The notes below the pieces were generated by a model that had not been told where the DNA came from, did no database searches, and saw nothing but the letters and a program-made list of their open reading frames with translations. From positions 274,846,001 through 274,910,000 of the forward strand of contig NW_027362763.1 in assembly GCF_046119375.1 (NCBI RefSeq): DNA of 64,000 nt, read 5' to 3'. This document shows positions 52,200 to 63,100 of this stretch, piece after piece. Positions within the stretch are counted from its first letter, which is position 1. Every line of letters begins with the position of its first letter. Origin of the DNA: Phyllobates terribilis (lineage: Eukaryota). The position numbers and the translations under genes are program-made.

Positions 52200-53269
52200 A
52201 TAATCAGAGTTCATGGAGAATTCAAACAATTTGAGATTTTATTTATGTGAATCGATAAAAGATGGCTCACGTGTCCTCAGGTTTGAATGCGCAAGCTTCT
52301 CGATAATGCATTGGAGCTATCACATTGCATGGTGTATAGCGCTGCCAATTAGAATGAAGAATCGTATACTGTATACAATTCAAGGAAGGGAATGGAGCAG
52401 CTATTTTAGGGTGATTTAGGTAAGTGAGAGGATGTCAGAGCTCTGAGTTAAACAATATAGATAGGAAGAGAGAGTCCTAAAGCATTTTACCAGTACTCCA
52501 GAAGATAATGAAAATTGATAGGGAGGAGAGAGATAGGAGAGGTGTCAGCAGCTGAGTCTGTTTCTGTGTTATTAATCAGTAATATGATGTACCTGGCATT
52601 TGTCCTGCTGCATTTAAAATGCAATACACATATTTCCTTTATTCTTAATGCAATAGAAAGCAGCAGCAAAGCAGCACAATATTTTTTTTTAAAAAACTGA
52701 AATTATTGTCATTAATAGATAGTGTTCTTGCTAGTCACAAGTGGCTGTACTGAGTTTTTCCATTTCTTGCATAAACCTTTTTTGTTAAGGGGACATAATT
52801 ATTTTTTAAAAATGCAAAAGAAAATTCACCAACAACCAGACAATTAATTGCAACATCAGAGTATGCATGTTACAAGCAATTTTATTTTTTGCACATCTGT
52901 TTTACTATTCAAATTTTATATCTATTTACATCTCACCAATACAACACTCTGTAGCAAGTGCCGGCTGTCTAGATGTGTACCTACCTTGTATTTTAATAAG
53001 GCCCTTTTTTGGGAAGTTGCATTAAATGTTGTTAGAAAAAATAGAAACAAACTAAAAGAAAGATCTAGATATATACCTGCTCAAGTCTATTTTTGCAAAC
53101 CTGTTTAATTCACCTGGTGTACAACCCTTCATGCCTCACGTATATTGTCAGTCAAAACTCTAGATAAACCTGCTTGTGCAATGGTTTTTCTTGTCCTTAT
53201 TGGATTGTGCACATTGTAGATTCAGACTAAAGGCAGCTTAACCACGAAGGAACAAGCAGGAAACAAGGA

Positions 53270-53560
53270 GTAAAGAAACATAAGTGAAACAAATCAAAAT
53301 ATGTGTTAAACTTTAAATACCTCTAAGTTCCCCCCTTTTGCTCTGGTGATGGCTTTACACCACCTTTACATTCTCTCAACCAGCTTGATCAATTAGTCAT
53401 CAGGGACAGCTTTCAATTAATAAATTAATTGAAAGTTAAGAGTTCATTTGTGAAATCACCAGTACTCAAAAAGTGTTTGTGATTATTAGTTATGTTTATT
53501 CAGATGCATTGTTGGTATATAATCCTATATAGTCATCAGCTCTGTTAAATTTACCTATGA
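53270..53560. mobile_element. Short Tc1-like terminal remnant
   Basis: CATTCTCTCAACCAGCTT..AGTCATC..TTTCAATTAA resembles the untranslated region of common fish/amphibian Tc1 elements (recalled similarity, not searched). Confidence 0.3.
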
Positions 53561-56135
53561 AATACCAACAACAATACATTTTAGCAAAGCAACTACCAAG
53601 AAAAAGAAAGATGACTGAGGAAAGCAAGTATTACAGTATAAAATGCTGTGCAGTTTATAACATTCAATTTATTTACTGCATAAAGCAATACAACAATCTA
53701 TATTTTGTCAGCTTTTAACAAGTTCTCAGGGCATAGATAACATGCCTAAAAAGTGAGCAGTTGAAGAAACAAAAATTACTATGAAAGGGAAAAAAGTTTC
53801 AATTACTGTGCTTAATTTAGTAAATATTTGACAGAAATCTCTTCCCTTCCCCTTTCCCGATTTAGTGTTAGATATGCACATTGAATTTGGCTGAGAGTGT
53901 ATTTGATCTGGAACAGGAGGGGAGAATAAACCACTGCCATACAGTTTTAATCTCCAATGAAAAAGTAATGAATTCCCCCAAAATCTGCCAAAATAATGTG
54001 AGTGAACAAATTATGGCTTCATAAGAATGTACGTATTATAGCTCTATATTGACTCTAACTTTTACAGAGCTGTAATATGGCACACATAAATGACAACCAT
54101 AGAGTCCCATAATATACCTGTACCTGATTTTAACAAACAACATTTAGTAAATAATTCTGTCAGAATAAAACAGAAATCAACTGAAAAAAGAGGCATTCTA
54201 GGTCTGGTACTGTCCTATGAAGATAAACTTACCTAAAATCATAAATTTTAAACATTATTAAATGTGTTATACAGTGTCTAAGGCAGCGTATAACTGTGCA
54301 AAGAGTGCTTATGACTCCCTAGTACTATGCCATAGGGCTCATGTGTTCTGCCATAAGTCTTAACCCATCCAATTTTTGCTGCATTCTTGGTAAGAGTTTC
54401 AACAACTGCAACAAAAAAAACATAGCTAAAGTAACACATGAAAAATAGTCTTCCATTATTTGAGTTTACCTTTCAGTGTGTGTGTAAAACAAAGTGTTTT
54501 CGTTTAGCAACTGCAAATTTAATTTTTACCATAGATAGTGAATGCACAAAATAAATAAAAAAAAAAACAAAAGCTAACATACTCTTGCACCTCTGTCTGT
54601 AAATAGAAATCCAAAAAACATTTGAATTCAGATTTTTCTTTGAATTTTAAAAAATGACTTCAAGTCAAAAAACATAACTCAGAACAATGGTAAAAAAATT
54701 ATGAAGGGCCCTGTGATAGCTTTTTGTCATTATAATTTTACATATGTTTGCAAATTTTTCCAATACTTTTGGCTAAAGTGAGTAGGATTTAGGTGGCAGA
54801 GGTGGGACTGTCACGCTGTAACAAATTTAATATAAATCACATGTGAACCTGGCACAATAATTAACTGAAATTTGGTTTTTTTGGCACATAGTTTGCTTGA
54901 TGTTCTAAACTAAATTTTCCCCACTATTTTTCATATACCCAGAGTTTGGTATCTTGCACATGGTGTGATGACAACTCAGTCACCATATCTCCACCTCAAA
55001 GGTGTAGTTTGGCAGGGTAAATTACAGGCCACAGAGTTTATCTGTCTTTGTGTTGGATGCAAGAAGTCATCTAGTCTGGAGCTTCAGTGGGAGCTGAAGT
55101 TTAATGTATCCTGAGCAGGCAAATTCGCTGGCATAAGGACTTGCTATAAGTTATCTTTTGTTTTCCTGTTATGCCAGAAAGGCCCTTTTTTATTTGTTGA
55201 ACCTGCAGTGGTTTATGCCATGTTGAAATAAACCAGCAGAAGAAAACGGTCCTGTGTCACACATATCCACACTCCATACTGCCAGACAGAATGGCACTAT
55301 AGATCCCAGACACCCAAATCTAAGTGGCTTGAGAGAGTCCATGCCATCCAGAGCTTCTGGTTCCAATGTCATCTGCTATCACCAGCACTGCCTGCAGAAT
55401 GAATACTGCAGTGCCTGGCTACAAATGCAGATGTCACAGGAGCGGATCCTGGTGAAGATGTGAAAGATCGACAGTCCAAAGTTTGACATGCCATATCTTT
55501 ATCTCCCTCAACATCCTCTGTCAGGTGAGAGTCAGGATGGCCCAATATACATTATAGACTGTGCTGAGCATTAAGTTACTTTGTTAAATGAAATGTATCC
55601 AGTATGTAATTAAAAAATCAAATTGACTGATCTCTAATAGTGTTGAGCCACCCCCGTAGTGTTCGAGTTCGGTTCGGTTCGTCGAACACCCGTGTGTTCG
55701 CCGAACTGTTCGTCGAACTGTTCGTCGAACACCTTCGAACACCGTTAAAACCAATGGCAGGCAAACAAAAACACATAGAAACACATAGAAAACACCTTCA
55801 AAGGTGTCCAAAAGCTGACAAACTGCTCAGAAGACATAACTAACACATGGAAAAGTGACAAGTACATATAGTCATGCGAAAAGAAAAGAGGTGGAGGAAT
55901 AAAAGGAGGGGGAGACACAGATATAGGCATGTCATGCCCTTCTAAAATCCAAAAAGTGAGAAGCCGAGACGGCCAGTCCGGTCCTGCCCGTGCCACCTCC
56001 GTGTCGCCGGGTTTGTGCCAGAGCCGCGGTGAACCCTGACGGCCAGCCCCCCTCTCCCAATACTGGTGCCTGTCCGCTGGTGGGTCGAGAGAGCCCCCCT
56101 GTGGTGGAGGCAGCTCTAAGCTTTTTAATTTAAAT

Positions 56136-56408
56136 TGTCCCTCTAATTTGAATGAATACACTTTAAATCCATTTACAAGGATCTATTGGAGGGCAAGTCT
56201 CATGCCAGCAGCCGCGTAATTCCAGCTCCAGTAGCGTCCACTAAAGCTGCTGCAGTTAAAAAGCTTTTATAAGGATCGAGCTCGGCTGTCCACCGCAAGG
56301 CATCCTAGTGCCAGTCCCAGCCCCTATGCCTTGGGGTGCCTCCTGATGCTCTTCACTGAGTATCCCGTGGTCCCGAAGCATTTCCTTTGAAAAAATTAAG
56401 TGTCCAAA
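56136..56408 (+). pseudogene. 18S rRNA gene fragment inside hAT copy B
   Basis: TAATTTGAATGAATACACTTTAAATCC..GGATCTATTGGAGGGCAAGTCT, the 530-loop ATGCCAGCAGCCGCGTAATTCCAGCTCC, GCTGCAGTTAAAAAGCT, V4 GGATCGAGCT..GTCCCAGCCCCT..GATGCTCTT and CCCGAAGCATTTCCTTTGAAAAAATT all match vertebrate 18S colinearly. Confidence 0.93.
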
Positions 56409-56519
56409 CTACAGGTGGTGTAGCTTGCTTAACAGCCGGGATAATCCGCTGACTAGCAGACACTGCTACTAGGCACAAAGTATTTCCTGGGCTAGATGCA
56501 GTTAAAAATTTGTAAGTAG

Positions 56520-58340
56520 ATACTCTCGTTGGATGCTGAGAAAGCATTCCATAGAGTCTCCTGGCACGCCATATATGATTCTCTTAAAAAGCTTGGGGTA
56601 GGGGTCTAGGGGACCCTTTTATAGCCAAAATCACGGCCCTGTATCACAATACGTCACCTAGGCTGAAGATAAATGGAACTGTAGCACCGAGGGCTCGGTT
56701 GCTACAGACGTATTGCACCTCACCCAGAGGTGTGATATCTCACTCTCAGATAAGGATGGAGTGTGGATCAGGACCCGACACCTGCATGCATTACACCACA
56801 TTGCCGTGGGGCAGGGCAACCAATATGCCCCTGAGATGGGCACGACAGTCCCTGTCCCTGGCTGGAGTGGGGGGAGGGAACACTGAGGAAGGGGAACCCT
56901 GCAGTGCAGGAGCAGGGAGGAAGCAGTTCCTGGGTGCATTGAGAAGGGAGTATAAAAGGTGGGCACCATCTTAGTTCAGTGCAGAGAAGTCTGAGCAGAA
57001 GTGGCAGGGATCAGGGGCTCTGCATGAGCTCTGCTCCGGAGGCGGGCCTAGTAACAGAGGCCCACGCCTGCAAGAGGGAGAAGGAAGGAAGAGGAGCAGA
57101 GAAGGCTCCAGGAACGAGGAATGAAGGGATCCCAGGGGTGCGGACGGGCGAGTCGCCACCGCACGCCCGAATCCACCTGCGTGGAGGGGTCAGGCCAAAG
57201 GGGGAGACCAGTCCCCGAACTAGTGGAGGCAGGAAACGACCCTCAGCTAGAAACCGGAGGCTCTGACATTTTATGTGGCGCAGCCCCTTGCTCCACCCGC
57301 TAGGAAGGCACCACATAGGGTCAGGGAAACTGGCGCCAAGTTTACCAAGAGGAGGCCCGAGGCAGCCGGACAGAAGTGTTGGTAAGAAAGGCCAGACAAA
57401 GGACACACAAAGGGGGTCCTGTGAAGCGCTCCAAAGTTATCTGGGAGTTGTCTGAGCCCCTCACCTGGTGAGCACAGTACGACGTGGGCAGCCGTTACCT
57501 GCAGACGTGGTCTGGATATTAAGAACTGTGAGTAAAGGCCCTGAACTGCATCACTGACTCCGTGTCGTTACTGCTGCTGCCCTGCACCATCACCCCCATC
57601 CTCCGCATACACTGCCCTGAGGCTATACTCCTCCCGTGGGGAGTTATGCTACGCTCTGCTGCACCCACAACACCAGCCTTAGCGGTCTGCCCTGTAGCGG
57701 CGGTTCACTCTGACCGCAATCCACGGGTGGCGTAGTCGGACATTTAAACATCAAAACCACATAAATAGTTCCGCCACTGGTTTGACCGCCCTGAGCCACG
57801 GAACCGGATCGCCGCCACGAAGACTACAACCACCAGCATCCACCAAAAAGGGTCCGGCTCCGGGTGTCCCAAGGCCCAGGGGGTGCGTCAGAACATTTTC
57901 ATCACCTTTCACAATCACCAATGGGACAAGGCAGGGATGTCCTCTGTCCCCTCTCTTATACATCCTAGTGACGGAGCAGGTGCTCTCATCAATTCGCCAT
58001 AACCCCAATATTAGGTGGATTGAGGTGGGAGGCACCGAGTACAAGTGCTCTCTATTTGCTGATGATGTCCTAGTATATATCACTCAATCACATATATCCA
58101 TCCCTGCTGTTATGGCTGAAATAGATCACTTTGTTACATGGTAAAATTTTAAAATCAATGCAGCGAAGTCTGAGGCCCTCGATGTCTCCCTCCCTAAATC
58201 CATATAGGATTCCATCCAGTCCAACTTTCCCTTTGCCTGGCCCTCACAGGGTATCAAATACTTAGGAATTCCTATTCATAGAGACCTCTCCCATCTATGT
58301 TATCTTAATTTTGGGCCCTTTATTGAACAATTCCATACAG
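56520..58340 (+). pseudogene. L1-clade ORF2 reverse transcriptase fragment split by a solo LTR
   Basis: ILSLDAEKAFHRVSW..LKINGT|FSSPFTITNGTRQGCPLSPLLY..LFADDVLVY..KINAAKSE..IKYLGI; the frame rejoins when 56680-57890 and one TSD copy are removed. Confidence 0.92.
56680..57890 (+). mobile_element. Solo LTR with perfect 4-bp TSD
   Basis: GAAC|TGTAGCACC...GGGTGCGTCA|GAAC, with TATAAAA near 56950; same family as 27734-28994. Confidence 0.92.
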
Positions 58341-58412
58341 ACCACGGTTGCCAAGTTAGAACTGTAAGATTCACTACGTGAACCACTGGTGTTTTGTGGA
58401 AAAGCACATGTA

Positions 58413-59780
58413 CACCGCGTTCCAAATTATTATGCAAAAAGTGTTTAGGAGTGATAAGGGAAGAATTTGTTTGTTTGTCAGTTAAACTCATTGATGGTGA
58501 TGTGTGTCAGGGCTCTTTATATCACTGTAAGCAATTGCAGACACCTGTGCTAATTAGTTTGGCAGGTGTGTCCAATGAAAGGCAAGACTACTTAAGAACG
58601 CTCTCTCACATTATTAAGCAGCCTACATTTTCTGCCAAAATGGGAAAGAAAAAGGATGTGTCGGCTGCTGAGAAGCAACAAATTGTGGAGTGTTTAGGTC
58701 AAGGCATGACTACAATCAACATTGTGCGATGATCAGGATGAAGTGTCTTGGCAATCAAGAAGTATGTAGCTGATTCACAGTACACACGTGTGCGTGCTGA
58801 TAAGGGCAAATTGAGGACTCTTTCCTACAGGCAATTACGTCAGGTTGAAAGAGCAGCGGCAAAAAAGCCTTGTCATAGCAGCAGACAAGTTTTTGAAGCT
58901 GCTTGTGCCTCCAACGTCCCCCGAACAACAAGATGCAGGGTCCTTCAGAGGTTTACAGCTGTGCATACGCCATCCTGTCGACCTCCTCTATCCACTTCAC
59001 ACAAGCAGAAACGGCTCCAGTGGGCCAAACATTACATGAAGACTGATTTCAAAACTGTTTTGTTCACGGATGAGTGCCGTGCAGCGCTCGATGGTCCAGA
59101 TGAATGGAGTGGAGGATGGTTGGTTGATGGACACCCCACACAAACACGGCTACAGCGCCAACAAGGAGGAGGTGGAGTAATGTTTTGGGCTGGAATCATG
59201 GGGAGAGAGATTGTCGGCCCCTTTAGGATCCCTGAAGGCGCTAAAGATGAACTCCATAATGTATGTGGATTTTCTCAAACAGCACTTCCTGCCATGGTTC
59301 AAGAAGAAGAACCGTGTATTTCACAGCAAGATCATTTTTCTGCATGATAATGCACCATCTCATGCTGCACATAAAACATCTGCATCTCTGGCTGATATGG
59401 GCATAAAAGGGGACAAACTTATGGTGTGACCCCCATGCTCCCCTGACCTCTACCCCATTCAGAACCTTTGGAGCATCATTAAAAGGAGTGTCTATGATGG
59501 CGGGAGGCAGTTCACATCTAAGCAACAGCTCTGGGAGGGTATTCTGTCCTCATGCAAAACAATTGAAGCAGAAACCATCCAAAACCTGACAAATTCAATG
59601 GACGAGAGAGTTCAGAAGCTCCTTTCGAACATGGGGTCCTATGTGAAAATGTAACATCACCTAGAATAAAGTTTTGAGTTGAAAACTGTTTGATTTCAGT
59701 TTCTAACAACCTGCTAATGCTTATAATTTCAAAAATGACCATTTTTTTGGTCTTTATTAAAATGAAAAGGTTGATCGAAA
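58413..59780 (+). mobile_element. Tc1/mariner element, right TIR lost
   Basis: TA|CACCGCGTTCCAAATTATTATGC left TIR followed by a transposase relic; no matching right TIR. Confidence 0.88.
58640..59654 (+). pseudogene. Tc1 transposase pseudogene
   Basis: MGKKKDVSAAEKQQIV.., VLFTDEC, GGGVMFWAG, LHDNAPSH and PDLYPIQNLW. Broken by a 35-bp inversion (58721-58755), a frameshift near 59240 and a stop at 59427-59429. Confidence 0.9.
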
Positions 59781-59902
59781 AGTTTGGGGGATCTAAGAGT
59801 GTGGCAACCCAGTAGTCATGATTACTTCGAATTCTGACAATATGAGGGTCATGCTGCAGGTAGTGCAGCAAGAAGGCACTTATGTGTCTTGCGCATCTCG
59901 GA

Positions 59903-60060
59903 GCCCCAAAATTATTTTCCGGGCTAGATGCAGCTAAAAATTATTTTTAATTTTAAATTTGGTGAAGCTTATTATAGATGGCCTAATAGGATCAGTGCTG
60001 CACACTGCTACAAAGCCCAAATTATTTTCCAGTCAAGATACAGATAAACATGATTAGTAA
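59903..60060. repeat. Diverged copies of the 110-bp satellite unit downstream of the transposase
   Basis: CCCAAAATTATTTTCCGGGCTAGATGCAGCTAAAAAATTATTTTTAATTT..TATAGATGGCCTAATAGG..CACACTGCTAC resembles the array unit. Confidence 0.75.
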
Positions 60061-60111
60061 TTTGAAAGCTTAAAACGGTTGGTAGGGTGATATTAACCAA
60101 TCATCAAGCTT

Positions 60112-63100
60112 TTACTCTCCCCAGGATGACACAGGGGTAGAAAAGTCGTTTCGGATCCATGATTTGTTCATCTTTATGAACGTGAGTCTGTCTACATTAT
60201 CAGTGGAGAGCCGCGTGCGCTTATCTGTCAGCACACCACCAGCAGCGCTGAACACACGTTCAGACAGAACGCTGGCTGCGGGGCATGACAAGATCTCCAA
60301 GGCGTAAGTGGCTAGCTCCGGCCATTTATCCAGATTGGAAGCCCAAAAAGAGCAAGGGTCCAGTGACACAGTCGTGGCTTCAATGTTTACTTGGAGATAC
60401 TCCTGTACCATCGTCTCTAGGCGTTGACTATGTGTCAGACTTCTTGTCTCCTGTGGCCTTGCAAAGGATGGGCTAAAAAAGTGGTGAAATGATTCCGCAA
60501 AATTGATGTTACCAGCAGATACTGTGGTTCTGTTACGGTTTGAGTGCTGAACACTTGACGGTCCCACGGATGGCAAGTTGGAACTGTGAGATTCACTACG
60601 TGCACCACTGGTATTTTGTGGAAAAGCACATGTAAGATTCTGCAACAGTCTCTGCTGATACTCCTGCATGCGTGCATCCCTTTCTATGGCAGGAATAATT
60701 TCTGCAAATTTACTTTTGTACCGGGGATCTAACAGTGTGGCAACCCAGTAGTCAGGATTATTTCTAATTCTCACAATTCGAGGGTCATGTTGCAGGTAGT
60801 GCAGCAAGAAGGCACTCATGTGTGTTGCGCATCCAGGAGCACCAAGTCCCTGTTGTGTTGGTGGCGAGGTAACAATCATGCTTCCTTCCTCTGTCCTCTC
60901 CCCCCAACCTCGCACAACAGAAATGTGATCAAGGTCTCCCTCATCTGATGAGTCTTCCATCAGTTCGTCCTCCACTTCTTCCTGGGCTCCTGCACCTTCC
61001 TCACTAGTTTGGCTGCTACCATGCGCCCTGGTAAAATCATCTCCCCCACCCTCACATGCCTGCCGCCTTGGTGCTGCCGACCGTCTGGACCTTGCAGATG
61101 TTAGCCCTTCCGCATACAACTCCTCCTCCTCTACTTCCTCCACCTCCTCTTGTGCCACCACCTGACTCCGAATTCTGTTTAACATGTGCTCCAGCATGTA
61201 AATCACCGGAATAGTCATGCTGATAATGGCATCATCAGCACTAAACATCTTCGTCGCCATTTCAAAACTGTGCAGAAGGGTGCATAGGTCCCTGATCTGA
61301 GACCACTCCTCCAGCGTGATTTGCCCCACCTCTGAATCTCGTTGGCCCAGGCTATACGTCAGAACGTATTGCACCAGGGCTTGTCGGTGCTGCCACAGTC
61401 GCTGCAACATGTGCAGAGTTGAATTCCACCGGGTAGGCACATCGCATTTTAGCCGGTGAAGTGGCAGGCCCAACGACTTCTGTAGAGATGTAAGTCGCTG
61501 AGCTGCGGAATGCGAACGGCGGAAGTGAGCACACAGCGACCGTGCCCTCTGCAGAAGGCCATCTAGTCTGGGATAGTGGGCTAAAAATTGCTGGACAACC
61601 AGGTTCAACACGTGAGCCATACAAGGCACGTGTGTGACATTGCCCCGGCGAAGGGCCGCACCCAGGTTTGCAGCATTGTCGCACACGGCCTTCCCTGGTT
61701 TCAGGTCCAGTGGAGACAACCATTCATGAAATTGGTTCTCCAGAGCTGACCACAACTCCTCAGCTGTGTGACTCACATTTCCCAGACATTTCAATGTAAA
61801 AACCGCCTGATGACGTTGAGCCCTACTGCCAGCATAGTAAGGAGGTGTGCAGGATCCCTTCTGCGCAGTTAGAAAGCTTGTGGCATGACCAGACAGGCTT
61901 TGGGTGCAGGTGGAAGACCGAGAGGAGGTTGAGGAGGCAGAAGCAGTGGAGGAACTTTGACATAAAGAGGATTGACGCACAACTCGTGGGGACGGCAAGA
62001 CTTGGACAGCAGCCCCTTGTCTTGCTGTCACCATAGTTACCCAGTGCCCAGTCAGCGACATGTAACGCCCCTGTCCATGCCTACTCGTCCAAGTGTCTGT
62101 GGTGAAATGCACCCTGTCACACACAGAGTTTCTCAAAGAAGCGGTGTGGTTGTGTGCGACATGCTGGTGGAGCGCAGGCACATCTTTCTTTGAGAAGTAG
62201 TGCCGACTGGGCATCTGGTACTGGGGCACTGCGACGGACATAAGGTCTCGAAAATCCTCTGTGTCCACCAGGCGGAAAGGCAGCATTTCTGTAGCCAAGA
62301 GCTTGCAGATGGTGAAATTCAACCTCTTAGCTTTCTCATGGCTAGGAGGAAATGGTCTTTTACTTGTCCACATCTGAGCGACCGAGGGCTGGCTATTGTG
62401 CTTAGACGGGGTTGATAAGGGTGTCCCCGGCAAACTGCCGGTCTGTGAGGAAGATGCAGGCGGACATGTTAGGTTGCCTTGATCCAAAGGTGGTGCTATC
62501 GATGTCGGACAGCGCTCAAGACCAGCTGGTGTTACCACCTCCAAAGAAAATGATGACCTGCCAATCACACTGGCTGTTGCGGGTAAAGAGGTGGCAGGTC
62601 TGCGCCCCAAAACAGGTGTGACTGCTGTCCCCCCAGTCACAGAGGATGAAGAGGCCGCGGATGCACAAGATATGGCAGACGGTGGTTGGCCCAGCCGGCT
62701 AGGCCGCATTGTAGCACACTGAGCTTCCCACTGCAACTTATGCTTCATGTCCATGTGCCGGTTCATGCATGAAGTACTCAAACTATGTATTTTTTGGCCT
62801 CTACTTAGCTTTTGCTGACAAATGTTACAGATAACACGAGTTGGGTCATCTTTATTGATCTGAAAAAATGCCCAGGCTATGCAAGGCTTAGCACCCATGC
62901 GACCTGAAGAGCCACCACGACTTGTGGTGAGAGGCAGAGTTGTGTTTGAGGATGCAGTTGTTGACGTGCTTCCAGTACTACGTCTCTGTCCAGGAAGGCG
63001 CAACCTGACCTCGTCGTCACTAGCATCTTCCTCCACCTCCTCTGCTGACCTCATCTCTTGGCTGACTGTGGGTTGACAGTAAGTGGGATCTCCGACCTCA

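Larger units (their letters stand above)
58336..59905 (-). pseudogene. Diverged partial duplicate of the hAT transposase gene (two pieces flanking a Tc1)
   Basis: 58336-58412 matches about 60561-60634 and 59786-59905 matches about 60722-60842 (LHYLQHDPHIVRIRSNHDYWVATLLDP vs LHYLQHDPRIVRIRNNPDYWVATLLDP). Confidence 0.85.

Noticed and set aside
55190-55530. GC-richer island ending in CAG|GTGAGA, a possible exon
   Set aside because: No frame stays open up to the donor and no peptide was recognised; left unexplained.
18852-55638. One composite transposon or a segmental duplication linking hAT copies A and B
   Set aside because: The two ends face outward, their flanking 8-mers differ (TCCAGGAC vs ATCTCTAA), and the copies differ by many substitutions and a 21-bp indel.
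56136-56408. Functional rRNA gene
   Set aside because: It is only ~270 bp, has substitutions and a deletion in the invariant 530-loop motif, and has no flanking rDNA.
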